Positions 11,239-25,286 are shown, counted from the whole stretch's first letter. The stretch is 60,628 nt of DNA, filler included, from Porpidia crustulata (GCA_964255105.1; 14 parts of 14 records of this genome joined end to end with filler, not necessarily neighbours in it); one strand, 5' to 3'. Notes: generated by a model from the letters alone, not told the origin. Numbers and translations are program-made.

Positions 11239-11862
11239 TTAACCCTTCTTCTTCGACACACCAACAGTCCTGCCCCTTCGTCCAGTGGTCTTCGAATGCT
11301 GTCCCCTAACACGTAGACCCCAGTAGTGCCTCAGCCCACGATGCGCACGGATTTTCTTCAGTCGCTCCAAATCCTCACGCAGCTTGCTATCCATGTTGTT
11401 CGCCAAAACCTGAGAGTCCTTTCCATCCACGATATCGCGCTGTCTGTTGAGGAACCAGGTCGGGATCTTGTACTGAGTGGGGTTCTGGATGATGGTGACG
11501 ATACGCTCGAGTTCTTCGGAAGTGATCTCCCCAGCGCTGATGGGAATCGCGTTAGACAAGTTATAATCTCGATGGTTGTATAATGCGAGGGGTGTAACGC
11601 ATTGCGTACCGTTTGTTCAAGTCCACATCAGCCTTCTTGCATACCAAATTCGAGTAGCGACGTCCGACACCCTTTATCTTCGTTAAGGCGTACATGATCT
11701 TTTGCTTTCCATCAACGTTGGTATTGAGGAGACGGAGGATAAATTGGAAGTTCGACTTCTCGCCTGAGACGAGCGCTGAAGGGCAATCAGTAAGACTTGG
11801 CAACTCAAAATTGAAGCCCCTATAATGAACTTAGGAGTGTACATTGACTGCAACTTACACAT
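11239..11862 (-). CDS. RPS18: 40S ribosomal protein S18 (uS13), 3 exons
   Basis: 4-nt coding first exon ATGT (11862-11859), then [23 protein letters not shown]...GVGRRYSN and final exon ...[36 protein letters not shown]. Confidence 0.97.
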
Positions 11863-11961
11863 GATGGCGGCTGGTCTCTGTGGTTGATATCGTTGGTTTG
11901 GGTCTCTGTCGTGATCTTGAATTCAAAAAGCAGATCGTTGGTGCGCCCCACTAGCGTCATC

Positions 11962-11985
11962 GCTTAGCTTCAGCCGCCCTAACCC
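11962..11985 (-). promoter_or_regulatory. TTAGGGC (telobox/Tbf1-like) motif upstream of RPS18
   Basis: GGGTTAGGGCGGCTG on the minus strand about 115 bp upstream of the ATG; such motifs are known from fungal ribosomal-protein promoters. Motif match only. Confidence 0.35.
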
Positions 11986-12833
11986 GATTCTTCCTCTACA
12001 GCTCTTCGACCACATCTTTCCTCACCAAGTCATTATGCTCTTTCATATCGTTCTGGACGAGGGCCCGGCTTTCTCGTCGTGCTAATTGTTATTGCAGGGC
12101 CGCATGCACGCAAAGATTGCTTTCCTTAAAGTCTTTTGTGATTGCACACGCGTTGAACGCTCCCCAACACTTGTGCGACTCCCATCTCACAATGACTCCT
12201 CATAATTTGCTGTTACACGAGTCATGTCAAGCTCACAGTCTATCTCCATACAGTATTCTCCAATCTCCTTGGCTCTATCCTGATACGCCTGTGTTCTTCA
12301 AAGAGCCTCCGCGAGCATTGTTATGTTGCTGCACTGCGAGTTTCATATCCGGATTAGCGCATTAAGCTCCACATTTTCTCGCCATCAAAGGCTTAAACAA
12401 TATATCTCTCTCTCCGCTTTACCCTTTTTCTCATACACGCGGTTTGCTGATGGCCAATATCTTCGTTGAAGATTTTACCCGATGTCTTGATGCAGCCAAA
12501 CACAGCCTACACATCTTCACCACGGTTTGAAAGCCATTCACAACGAGTCTCAAGTATTCTTTCCGTTATAGTGTCTCTCAACCAAGTCCCTGACATGCAT
12601 TTCGCTGCTATTTTGAGCAAAATCATCATGCAGACTGCGGCACTCTGGCAATCCGAAATATGCCAAGCTATTAAAGACAACCTCCCCTAGACTTTCCATA
12701 CTCCATCCAAACAGCCAAATTTTCCTTCGATTCCCTCGGGTCATTTCTTGTCTCTCCTTGACGCTCACTTGTCCACTCACTCATTCCTTGATAACCAAAC
12801 CAGCCTTTCAATTCTATCAGTTCCTCCTCCAAA

Positions 12834-12980
12834 ATGCAGCTCCAACTCATCTTCGCCCTCTTCATGGCCACCATGGCTGCGCAAGCCGGTAAGATTTCCC
12901 TATGGCTCTTCCACTATCCGCTTCCCATTCTGCAACTACCTCCCCACCAAGCCAACCCCCAAACTGACCATCACCAGCAC
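12834..12980 (+). CDS. 5' end of a small secreted protein (signal peptide only), truncated by contig end
   Basis: CAAAATG context, MQLQLIFALFMATMAAQA, then GTAAGA donor at 12889 and CTGAC...CAG acceptor near 12977. Confidence 0.55.
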
Positions 12981-13080
12981 NNNNNNNNNNNNNNNNNNNN
13001 NNNNNNNNNNNNNNNNNNNNNNNNTTAATTAATTAANNNNNNNNNNNNNNNNNNNNNNNNNNNNNNNNNNNNNNNNNNNN

Positions 13081-14136
13081 CTCTTCTCCCGCCCCAAAAC
13101 CTCATCCACTCCTTCCCTTTCATCCTCCCATTCCCTGACTGTTCCCCCTACCTTCGATCTCCTTCTAATCTTCCTTCTTACAACTCCTCCAATTCCTTCA
13201 ACCTCTTGTCTCCAATAGCCAGCGCCCTCTTCTTCCTCGAAGCACTCCAGCTCTACTTCCACGAGCTCGGCAGATAGGCAATTCTCCCCGCGCCAGCATT
13301 TTACGCCCTCGTTGCCTTCACCGATGCCCGTGCCAAGTTTACTGTACTGCGTCCGCCATGTCCAGACGCGCTTGTAAGTCGTATCGCTAGAAGCAAGGGG
13401 CGTCCCGCAGGGATGGCAGAAGTACACTGCTGCAGAGCAGGTACACGGGTCCCGCGAAACAAGAAAGGAGAGAGGAGCGGCGAGGCAGGCAGTACAGAGT
13501 CGGCGAAGGCGATTAGGAAGTGTAGAAAGCGAAGGTGGTTTGTACGTGCAGTTCTAACCTCAATGTCAGGATATATGGGCAGTGGGCCGTAAGACAAAGA
13601 ATTACTCGACATATTATGCGATCGCAGGAGCGACAGTCGCTGACCATATCCCTGGCGCAGGTGCTGACTTTCCCGCTACTGAACATATTTGGTTTGCCAA
13701 GGACATGCCATTCTGGATCGGGTGAATGAGTTTTGGAGCGAAGGCAGTTATTGAGGTACTCATTCGAGCAGCGAAGTGTCTGCCGTACCAGCTGTCGGCG
13801 ATACTGCAGGAGGTTGGCACGGATTTGACGGCAGGTTTGAGAGAGGGCATGGAGGGTGTTCAGGTCGATGTGATGGGCAAGCTGCGAGACAATGCTGTAG
13901 CTCTTCAGATCAGCTCGGCTCTCGCAATGCCGAGCATTCAAGCTTTGAACCTACGGATAGCATCCTAATGCAGCAGAAAACCCATTTATGTTAGGATTCA
14001 GTCTTTCTATCATAGCTTCCGTAACACTTGGCGCCTTTACCACCGAGCCTCTGAGGTGTAGCCTCGACGAAGCAAACCCTGCGGGTTCCTCGTGGCCAGC
14101 GTACGCACCCCTATCAAGATCAAGTAGCACCACCAT
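13081..14136 (-). CDS. Conserved-looking fungal hypothetical protein, F-box-like helix plus Cys-rich (Zn-binding) region; 3' truncated
   Basis: Three ORF pieces join through GT-AG introns: YSIVSQLAHHIDLNTLHALSQTCRQIR, CARDMVSDCRSCDRIICR | NC, LCTAC, CTC, YFCHPCG, GTGIGEGNEGVKC. Confidence 0.7.
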
Positions 14137-14851
14137 GATGCCATATACAGGATTCGTGTAGATGCTGCTGCGTGCTCGTCAGAGCTACAGCTGCTGGAAT
14201 TGGCTTGGGGAACACGAGTCCAATCGAGTACTTTGTCGCTCAAGTCCCCACATTTGCGCCACCGCCGCTTTTCCTATCAATCAAGGTTGTGGCTCATGAG
14301 CTAGGTGCTAGTGTGCTAGGCTTGCTAGGTTAGGCTCACTACCCCGAACAAACCAACACCCCTTTGTTCAAATTTCTACATGGCAGAGTAACGAGCGCAA
14401 AGATGCCATCATTAAGCAATTGCTTGTCAACAGAATTACGTCGTAAGGCATAAATGATGGTTGTGCGGCAATGAGATGCGTGGGCATTTGTATAATGACC
14501 CATCGCACTCAGTAACGTTAGTCAAAAATATTACACCGAAGTCTACTCATAGAACCGTGTTTGTCCTATCATCCCAACACTATCCCTTCGTCTGGCAAAT
14601 TTGCCAGACGAAGGGATATCTGGCTGAGGATTGCTGCGCCTCCAAATCCCAAGTGTAAGCCTCCCAATTTCAGTCTGATAAGTTTACACATCCATTGCTC
14701 GGAAAGCGTTTTCCTTGATTAATTCCCAGTCTCAACTCCGTACTCATACACAGCTTGTTTTCTATTCCGATTTTTTGCGCCGTCGCCCTATGTCTAACAG
14801 CTTTGACCATCCAGCCCAATGCATTGTTCATGATCATCCATTATATAACTC

Positions 14852-16204
14852 TCAGAGGCTTCCGCTCCACTTGGAAGGTCTACCGATTAATTCCAGTCGT
14901 GGTAACTCGATGGAGTCTTTCCTCTCCAATTCAAGCGTTGCGGGCGGTACTGGGAGTGTATCTGCTTTCTTTGATTTATTGTGCCCGTCATCGTGTTTGG
15001 AAGTAGATCCGGTTGGGAATGTATCATGTAAAGCTTCCAGATCAGAGCTAGATTGCGCCTCTGGGATAGGGGGAAAGTATTTTGATATTAGGAATTTGAA
15101 GGCAAGCTCTTTCCTTGGTTTATGAGTGAAGAGAGACCGCCATACTGGGATGCAGCCGACTATAATAACGATGTTTTGTTCCGTCATTAACCAGATAGAT
15201 ACATTCGTAAGGTCATCTACAACTAGGTCAGTGGATAGATGACTGAGATTTGTGTGCTAGTACTAGCTCACAAGAAGGATCGCGTTCATTCAGAATTCTC
15301 ATATTCTCGACTGTTTTGATGATTGAGGCAGCCATAGCCCTGATTTAGATTAGTTCCAACAGTACAGCGTATGTGCTCATGCGGGATACCTACACCAAGC
15401 CGAAGCTCAAGATTGCGATGAGCATTACTTTCATTCTAAGTTCCAAAGAGAGATGCCAGATGATGAAGGTGGGAAAAAGAACATATGTAAAGTCGATGAC
15501 AGTACAAATAGCTAGATTTTATTCGGTCAGTGTATACCCTGGATGAGGCCGAGGAGACTGACATTGGAAGACAGTAGCAATGGCTAGTTCAATCTCAGGA
15601 TTCCAACATCTACCACCTGGTGCAGGACCCCAGAGGGCGTTTATCGGTCTGCATTGAGCGCCCCAAACGATAAGGAGCGTGAGAGCCGCCGCGGCTTGAA
15701 GAATGGTCATCAAGTAAAGATACCATCGAAACCAAGTTTTGGAACCAAATATTCGCCATAAAAGAACAGCAACAGATATCCTCGCTATCGAGGTCGAAAG
15801 AACGCCCGGTATCTCGAACAAGCAGCTCCATTTGGCATACTCAGTAATCTGCTCTCGTGAAAGGGTGTTGATGCGTCGTCCGAGGCCATAGTGCACCATT
15901 ATGGTCAGGAATGACTGGCCAAGTAGTTGCAGCAGCTAATCAAAGTGTCAGGTAAACGTCCCAACCCCGAAAGAAGCAGAATTATTGAACTCCTCGGACT
16001 CGCTTCGACAGAGGAAGAAAAGCAACATGCGAATGGAGGCAACTACGGGAGGCATACCACGGCGAGAAGCATAGTCCAATCTTCGATCCCCAGATTCTTC
16101 TTCATCTTGAAGCGAGCCGAAAACCGTACGGCTATTGCCATCACGATTAGACCGCTCTCCATCCAGGTGATACCCAGAATCATGGGTCCATTATCGTTCG
16201 CCAT
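14852..16204 (-). CDS. PTH11-like integral membrane protein (fungal rhodopsin domain), no CFEM domain, multi-exon
   Basis: AVRFSARF...LGIEDWTMLLA, HYGLGR, ARISVAVLLWRIF, QCRPINALW...GRCW, IDFTYVLFPTFIIWHL, AASIIKT and TEQNIVIIVGCIP, the pattern of this family. Confidence 0.85.
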
Positions 16205-17423
16205 CTTTTCTAAGCAACGAGGAGATAGACCTGGCGTCTAGGATGATCATTTAAGGTGCAATGCCGCATGGTTATACTCCTACATCTGGACCCCTTCGCG
16301 CCCTAACTCCTAGCTTCATGCCAGGAGTTAGGTAGCCTTGTGGGCCATTTGCATGACAGACGTGGGTTGCACATTGGGAATCTACTGCACACCTACGAGG
16401 ACACAGCGTGTTGTGGGGTCCGGACATGATGGCAACCTTTCTCAGGAGCAGCAACAAATCTGCAAAGCTTTCCCTCCACTTATTATGCCTTGGCCGCAGG
16501 TGCTTGATGCGTCTTTGTAGTTACCGTTTTGCTCATTAATCTTTTACAAGCGCTGATGTCCCAGGACTACTATTACAACGTCTCCAACGACCTCAATAAA
16601 AATGTCAATCATGTCAAGGCAGTTTGAATCGTACGGCGAACCTGATTTAGTCGAAAACAGCACTCAGACTGAGACCCCCAAGATGAGCAAAGCCAGCTAC
16701 AGGAAATTACGACAACCATCGGGGGCTACAGTAGATTCCACCTTGGCGATAATTTCAGGATTGGAGGGTTTCACTTTTCATTACTCCCGGCGGGTTTCCT
16801 GCTGTCCACACCTTATCACGATCGACATGAGCTTTAGATGGTCATGATTTGGTGCCATTCATAGCGCAGACCATGCAGCTTCTCGTCGTTCCCTCGTTTT
16901 GCTCAAGTATCGCTGATTAGGGGACAGCCACCGAGATCTATGTGTGTTTCGCAACAGCCAATGAAACATCCAGGTGAAATGCAGGAGACCAGAGTTATGC
17001 GTTGCACATGATTGGGGGATCGGAGGTGGAGGCGATGATGGTTGGGGCGAAGGTGAAGCCCTGCGGGCCATCCCGGTAGATGACGGTCAACTGCCTTAGC
17101 TCGCGTTTTACCACACCCTTTGGCCCTCTTGATGGTGACAGTGGAATACACGATATCAAGACTCCCACAAGACAGGGGGACAACTCGCTATCAGAGAAGT
17201 CAAAACCAGATGCTGGGCTATTATGTCACGTAACGGCACACTCGATTGCATACCGATGTGAGACCTTTAGAGTTTACTTTCCCCAGAAAACGTTCCGTCG
17301 GCGCCTCCCTTCGAGAGATCTACNNNNNNNNNNNNNNNNNNNNNNNNNNNNNNNNNNNNNNNNNNNNTTAATTAATTAANNNNNNNNNNNNNNNNNNNNN
17401 NNNNNNNNNNNNNNNNNNNNNNN

Positions 17424-17648
17424 AGGGAAGCTGGTGTAGGTGGAGTGGTCGGAGAGTTCGAGGTGGAATGTGGTGGGATCTTCATTGTTGGTAGAGGAGG
17501 GAATACGGTCGGAGAGCTCTGGCATCGAGTCTCGGGACGAAAATTCGGGATCAGGTCGGGTTCCATTTTCTTGGCACGGAGAGTCGTTCGCTTCTTCTCT
17601 TCTACCTTGACGGATAATTACACCGCTGAGAGATTTGAGGAAAGACAT
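17424..17648 (-). CDS. Possible N-terminus of a hypothetical protein running off the contig
   Basis: AAGATGTC start context and an open frame to the contig edge; low-complexity, no family recognised. Confidence 0.35.
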
Positions 17649-18975
17649 CTTGGCAGGTTTTTCGGTCAGCGTTTTCCTTTGAGTTGACAGGTGTCGATCC
17701 GAGGAGCTAATGAGTAGGCTTTCGACGAGCAGGAGCATTTGCTCCTGGGGTTTGGTGAAGGAAGGGGATTTTCTCAGTTGCTGGGGTTAGAAGGGGAGAT
17801 GCGAGGGCTTTTTATGATAAGTTCAGGCTGAAAAGGTACTTTTGGGATAAACAATGAAATCTTGATGGTTCGGCGAGGTTCTGTCTGTATCCTTTGGTCT
17901 GAAGGGGGATGCTTTCCGCAGCGGCAAGATTTGAGACTTTGAGACAAAGCATAGCTGACGAAGACTATTGTTCGAAATAAAGAAACACTCACAATGAGAT
18001 ATGAAGTTCTCACCCAGAGACATACGTATTGTACCTTACAGACTAAGATATGGCAGTTGGCGCACAGAACGTATAGACGTTGACGAAGATAATGTCAATA
18101 TAGAATCAAATCTTATCTAGGAGGTGCTGCATAGCCTCGTTCAAAGGGACGCCTTTCAGAGCTTCAAGATGCGTTATAGACATTCTATTTCTCAATTGAT
18201 AAGCAATTACATCTAGCAATTATCATGCTATAGTGTAGGCGCTAGACCTCGTAGGTACAATTTCGCACTCGCCTCGTACTGCCATGGTCACAATATTCGG
18301 ATAAGGTAAAAATTGGCAGGAGCAAGAGACATGGACACCATGTCATTGAGGGACACTGAAAAAAGTATTGCAGTTATTGTTTCTTGTTAGCTGAGCCATC
18401 GTTAGAACGATCAACGTAGCTAAGCTCAACGAGAGGACATATCACATTATAGAGTGGCCGAACTTGAAGTGCAAAACCAGGGACTAGCCTACACTCAACA
18501 CGCTAACCGGAAGCGGGCAATCATAACGACATCCCGTTTATCGAGCAAACTTGTGTTCATCGCCTCCGTACAGGCTCAACCCTTCAAATCTTCTCAAGTT
18601 TGCATGCAATGTTTCAAGACGCTAGAGAATGACCACTGGCATATGACCAGTGTCAAAGCTGCCTGACGACTGGGTTTACAGGCCCAGCTATCTACTCACA
18701 GATTTGATGATAAAAGATGTTATTCATGCTACCGAACTGGACAGTATGCAGTGATGCACTCACCAACCTCGGTGAACCAAATTCTATCCTCGACTCCATG
18801 CTGATGCTCCGATTTACATTGTCTCCGTGACCGTGTCAGGTCGCGAGGAATCTCATCATCTCTACGCCAAGGTAATTTCAATGTCATGATATAATCTCAA
18901 TAAGTCCATCAAACGAAGTTTCAACATCTGTTAAGCAGTAGTCTCCTTCTATAAGTTCTTCAAGCTCTCGTCTAT

Positions 18976-20363
18976 CTAATCTCGCAATAGCCCTTTGAGT
19001 ATGAACGGATTACTCTTGAGAGCCGCATCGGCATCTTGAGTTGCGCATAGCCACACCAAAACGCGCTCATCATCTCCGGCTTCTATATCGATAAGGCAAA
19101 AATTGATACCAGTCTTTTGCAGGCAATCTGACTCATACATGCTGAGATTCTCAAGCTGAAGATATTCGAGTTTGAGCGAGCCTTTGAGTTTATCTAGTGT
19201 CCGCTCCCAAGTTCCTCTTCTTAGTTGGATTTCCCAAGAGTCAAGTCTTTAAGTATCAAGGCATAGGCCTGAAGTGACTTGACCATGTCCCATTGCCGTG
19301 TTTCGAAACCCCACAACTCCAGCTTTTGCAATTGAGTGTGATTGCCTAATCCTAGGCATTTCCCCAATGGAAGTTTTACAACGCTTGCCGTTTCTCTGGT
19401 AGGTGCATCTTCCTTACGGTCACCTACGGTAAGTTCGACAACCGATGATGCAGACTTGAGAATCCTCTCGAGGGGTTTCCAGGCCCCATAATCCTCATGT
19501 ATTGCCTCCAACCCCAGAAAGATAATCTGTTTCATGGCACCGAAAGCTGCGGCGTACGCCGAATCAGGAAGCCTGTACGCTAGCTCGGAAAGACTTATGC
19601 CCAATCTTCGCTTATCTCTCGAAGCAATAGTATCCGCTGCTGGCTCTTCTACCACTTGGAAAACATCGGGTTTTGACAAAGATTTCGCGAGAGCTTCAAT
19701 CAGAACCGTGAAGAGATAGTATCCATCCTGTCTTACGAATTCGAGGTATTCGACCCCAATGAGTATTGCTGGCGAAAAACACCCAGCTCCAAGCCGCCTT
19801 CTCTCGGCTGCTGTATAGAAGAAGTTGTCGACACTCAAGATCCTTGCGTTTGATAGGTTTCTGAAGGCCATAATTAGTATATTTCGGTCCATGCCGGTTC
19901 GACGTATCTTGTCCCCCTCTTTAGATCCTTTCTTCATTGCCAGATATTTAGCTTCGAGGGACTCCCACCCGCTACGTGTCTCGCAATCTCCATGTTTAGC
20001 GTCAAGCCAGAGCTCGTGGAAGGTTTTAAAGGTAGTCCTCTTTTGATCCTCCTCGGTGAAGGTCCGGTCCCATTGCGAAGAATGGCAGCGGAATTCGTAT
20101 TCGATGAAATTGTTGAGATCAACTTCGAATGGCGCATCTATGCCGAATATTAACTCTTCAACATATTTGCTGATGATACTGTGTTTGCTGATCCTTGCTA
20201 GCCTGTATAGGCTCTGCTTCTCCAACCAGACCCGGCACGTTTTGAATCGCCGCAAGCCTTCCTCTTTTATAAGCCCGTTCTGGAGGACTCGATAAGGGAG
20301 ATGCATTATATCCTCGTTGGATAGGTATTCAAAGATTTGTGCAAGAGTCTCAGCTGGTAGCAT
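18976..20363 (-). CDS. F-box protein with LRR-like C-terminus, apparent frameshift near 19230
   Basis: LPAETLAQIFEYLSNEDI (F-box-like), LARISKHSIISKYVEEL, LQKLEL...LKDLTL. ORF stops at 19221, but the adjacent frame continues IQLRRGTWERTLDKLKGSLKLEYLQLENL to TAG at 18976. Confidence 0.65.
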
Positions 20364-22207
20364 GTCCAAGGTCCACTTCGATTTCTCGATAGCTAGTGTG
20401 TTCCGCCCTTTCTACTTGGTGCTCCATGCTCATAAGGGTTCGAGACATATCTGATGATTGCTGTTGCTTTGCTATGTCTTGACCAAGATCCAAGAGGCAC
20501 TAATATATGCCCATTCAAAGTGGAGTCAAATAAAACAATACAATGGACGGCCGGCTGAAACAAATGACGCTCTACTTCGCCAAGAGACAATGTTGGTCAT
20601 TCACGGAGAACAATAAGTCCAGGGATTTAGAGTTAACAGTTGCGAGATGGAAGCCTGCTAATTGTCGAACGCGTCATCCAGAAGCGGTCGAGTTACAGCG
20701 GTGCCGAAGCTCTCGAGATTTAAGAAGTCAATCGACGAAGAGCTCAGCAGATCAACTTGAGGAGTCTAATCCCCTCTTCATATGAAGCACAATGTTTGGA
20801 CGATGTTTGCCTTGCTACAAACCGTTATTCAGTTGCAGATCGTATTCTACATAATGCGCACGCAGCCCTTGGAAGTGCTTACCAATAACGGCCGTCTTAC
20901 TGTGGCTTGTCTGCAAGCGAGAAATGTTCTGCCATCTGTGACTTTGTCTTCTAGGGAATCGAATTTTCTTTTGATGGGGAGATCTTTATCTTGGTCGTAG
21001 AAACTTGAGCGGAGGATATTTCCAGAAGCTAGGATGTTTTAATATCGATTTGAAAGGTGTCATGGTCAATGTGTTATTCGAGCTCTTCTGTTTTGTGTCA
21101 AGCTTTTCATGCATTTCAATATGCTGTTCCAGCTACGACATCACATCTCTACACTGCATAATATTTTGCCATGTTTCAAAGTTCTTAACAAAGGCATTGT
21201 CCCGTCTATTCCGTTCTGTTCCTTCTTTGTTCGTCTTTCCCAGAATTTTGCACAAAGACTTCAGCAAAACTATCCCCTTATCATTCATCCTCTATCCCGA
21301 ACAAGAAAACGACTACAATCCCAAGCGCCCCACTTGCCCCCTTGATATCATGCCTCTCGCTCTGGACGCCTTCGCCTATAGTCCCCAAACCGATGATCCC
21401 TGCTCTTCATACCGAACTATCAACCCCCAGAAACGCGACCAAATAGTCTGTCCAGATATCACCCTTCTCCTTGCCCGTACGGATTCACTGTTCAATCCGA
21501 CGACCCTAAAAAGAACGAGCCAGGATGTCTCGTCTTCCCGCCCCATCCCAAACTACCACCACGAGAACCCACCGCATCACGACCCACCACCTCACATCTC
21601 CCTCCCGACCTCTCCGCCGCGCACCTCAACCAGTCCCAACCGCTTTTTCCCCCGCCTACCACNNNNNNNNNNNNNNNNNNNNNNNNNNNNNNNNNNNNNN
21701 NNNNNNTTAATTAATTAANNNNNNNNNNNNNNNNNNNNNNNNNNNNNNNNNNNNNNNNNNNNGAGTGATAGAGTTGAGCACGGTCGAATTGATAAAAAGA
21801 TATGAAATCAAAACACCCCACAGGGATTCCTACACAATATCCAATGAAGCCTTTTCCTTTAATAAGGCCCTCTCGAACGATGGACCATCATTCAAGCACA
21901 CGACCATACGACTTGCTTTCATGCTTCTCGGCTATCAAGGTTATGCTACCAAAAACTGCAGACCATCGTTGCACGCATCAGGTGAATTATCCCTCTGAAA
22001 ATCTATTATACAAAGGATGGATAGGTGAACCACCCCCATGACCCTCAATCCCTCCTCTCATAATCAAAACCCTCTTCCACTTCTAGCCAACCGAATGCCA
22101 AGTCACTCCATCTCTCATATCCAACCTCGAATTATCCAATTCCCCTAATCCAACTCGATGCTAACAACGATCTCGCTCGTTGCGAATCCATACCACAACA
22201 AACTTCT

Positions 22208-24203
22208 CTACTCCCTCCGCTCCGGCCTGGCCCGCCTGCCTCCCTTCAGACTCTTGACTCGGGACAGGAATCCACCGCCACTCTTGTTCTCGGAATCCAT
22301 CACACCCGTCCCATCATTCGTGACTCGCCTCTCCAACAACCCAGGCGCAGGCGCCCGCTTAGGACTGCTCGTAGACCTGTCTCTGCCTATGCTGCTATCG
22401 ACCCTGTTTTTTTCCTCCGCGATCTGAATCTTGGCGCCCTTTTTCTCGTACGCGTCGTCGTGATCGTTGAAAAACGGGTTCATCTCTTGAATCTTGCGCA
22501 TACCTCCGTTACTCATCGTTGTGGTCTCGATTGGAGCACGTGGGCTTGTTGGGGATGTCGTTTGGTTACGGTCGTACACATCCGGACTAGTCACGCGGCC
22601 AAGAGTGCCAGAACCACGATTGATGCCCCGGATCTTCTGCGCCAAGCTTCGTGTTCGACTCAACCCGCCACCGTTGCCCATGGCACCGCCAGACTCGGAC
22701 TCGCGTCTCTGGATTGCTGCTCGAGGTGCTGGTGCTCCTTCCAGGAAAGTAGTTGCACCCAATCCTACAGTCTCGTCGCCGTAGACAGGATCCACCAGAG
22801 CTGTTGGATTAAAGCTTGTAGCTCTATCTACCCCGGGTCGGGGTCCAGGTCCAGGTTTCATTGGATCACTGGTGCCAGCATAGGGTCCAAAGGATTCCTG
22901 CTCCGTCACCCCAGCACCTGACGTGGCATAATCTGTAAATCCTTCGGCACCACGGCCGTGGAATTGCGCCATATCGATGTTTTTATTGACAGGGCCAGAC
23001 CCACCGATTGCATTATTGGCCGAATCCTTAGCGAAAGCTTGCATGGGGGCGCGTTGAGAGCCTTTGCGGTTGCGATTGGGATTGCAGGCGTCGAAAGGGC
23101 CGTCATGATGGAACACTATTCATAAAGTCAGCCCATAATGGTGCAACAAGAAGAGAGCCGAAAGTCCTCACAGCCGGTGCCGTAGATGCTAGTTACATCA
23201 AGTGAATCGATAATGTCCAGTCTTTGGGTTGGTTTCTTCGATTTCGAGGACGCTCCTGCAGGTCTGCCCTTGCCGTCCCTATGTCTACCTTCCCTCTCTC
23301 TGTGGCGTCGATCTCTTCGCCTTCGTTCAGCTTCAGGATCTACAGCTCTTCCTGACTTGTCCACCAACGAAGAGTCTGAGTTGCGTCTTGGTCTTCGTTG
23401 TTTGGCTTCTGGGGGATCTGCAAAGATGTCGAGTCCTTGCGCCGCGCCTTTGGAATTTCCACCTTTCAACTGCCTTTGTTGTTCATCCTCATTTGATCGC
23501 GTTGTACGATGTCCCGTGAGCCCGTTCTTGACATTTGCAACTGGTGGTACATTTTCTGTTCGAATTGGTCGGGATGTGACTGGTGGTGCTGCCGGTCGGG
23601 AAATGTCACCGCTTGGCTTATCGTCGAGGGATAGATTATTCTTCGTAATAATGTTAGCAACTCCACTTATGACCTTGCCAGTCACGCATTCAACACATAC
23701 AAACAACAATGCAGCATTCCCGTAAAGCGGCTTTTGGTCGGCCATACGCATTGACTTTTTGACTGGCGATGTCGACCTCTCCCGTAGACTAATAAAATTG
23801 GTGCTCTCTGTCTGATCCAGGAATGGATTGCGCGACCTTGGTCTCTCGGGAACTGTGGTGGGTGTATTGAAATTAAAGTGTGGACTTTGCGGTGACGGCA
23901 ATGCGTTGCGAAAAGGGTTGTTTGAAGCCAAGTCGGTGAGGCCAGGCGAAGGTAAGGGAGAAGGGTTTCTTGCTGCAGCACGATTGATGTTAGTAAAGGG
24001 GGCAAAGATAACGATAAATAGTTAATGGAATGTGTGACAGCGTCAGTGGTCTAGCAGGTCGAGTGACACGGCTATCGACAGAGACAGGATGGTGTGAAAG
24101 AGAACAAGGAATGAGTGTCCAAGGCGCTTAATCTGTTCCATACAGTGGAAAAACAGCGTCACACACCTGCTCCCTGTATCTGAGAGTGCTGGATAAGCGA
24201 CAT
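22208..24203 (-). CDS. PAL1: Pal1 cell-morphology / endocytic-site protein, 4 exons
   Basis: LDIIDSLDVTSIYGTG | VFHHDGPFDACNPNRN...APMQAF...SANN and GLGATTFLEGAPA; three NPF motifs. First exon MSLIQHSQIQGA (24203-24167) splices in phase to an acceptor near 23972. Confidence 0.9.
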
Positions 24204-25286
24204 GTTGGCAGCCTTTTATCTCGTATATTCCCACCCCGTCCGTCACACGCACGTGGACTTGTATTCCACTTGAATTGTTCTTGTTTCGTGAAGCGTGTAT
24301 ATTGATTGTGTGCTGGTATGCTGGGTGACGTTTTGACGTGGAACGCCCCCTTCAGGGTTGTGAGGGGTGATCGTTGAGTGACAGCCGAGGAAAACCAGAG
24401 AATCGGATTTTGAGGGATTGGAGGTTGGGAGAAGATTAATTATGCCGGAGAAAGATGCTTATGACGCTGATGCAGGTATCCGATGCTATTGAGGAATTGG
24501 ATAGGATGGGGGTTGGCAGGATCAATAAAGGAGCATTACATAAATTTAGGAGCGAGGATGTTGAGATGACTAGGGAAAGGGTTCGGTGATTATGTACAAG
24601 GCGAGTGCAGCCCAAAGCCAAGGATCTACTTTAGCTGGCTGGCTGAATGGCTGGATGGGACCTTCCGAGGGAATCGAATTAATTCCTTTTCCTTTTCTTT
24701 TTGTTCTGAGGCGAACAAGGAGGAGCACCTCTTATTTCGCGGAAGCCTTCGAGCCTACAAGGATAGTCGTACTTACTCTAGAGTACGGGCAAGCTCGCAT
24801 TCCAGGGGTTCTCCGCAGCAGTCTGCAGTAACCCTCCCCTGAGCCCACCATCGCACACTAAGCATTTGAACTTGGCCCCTCTTCGGGCCACAACCACACC
24901 CGAATTGTCATCGAATTCGATCCCGAACCAGCTGTGGAATAGCCCTAAAGGAACGTCCCCCCCGCTACTTCGAGCCTAGACTCTCTCCGCAACGCCTCCC
25001 ATCCACGTGAGACTGACAGAATTCTTTCTCTCGCCAATTCGTCTTCATGCGGATTCGCGTCATGCGGTGACTTCAAAGTTCGAATATACGGGGTAAAGTG
25101 GATCGCGTCGAAGCGCTCCAAGGAAAGACAGGCCGACGAACCGTGAAGAAGTCGAAGTACGCATTGATGTTGATGCTGTAACTCGGGCTGAAGAGCTTTC
25201 ACCATCTGCATTGCTTCCTGTAGGCAAGAGAGAATATCTGCAGCGAGTGGAGGCATGGCCTAGATCTCGCCACGGATCCATCTAAC

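Noticed and set aside
21005..21662. 237-aa plus-strand ORF, and minus-strand VVGGGKSGWD resembling a flavin monooxygenase motif
   Set aside because: Plus ORF is low-complexity with a non-ATG start; the minus frame stops after about 50 codons with no further FMO motifs.
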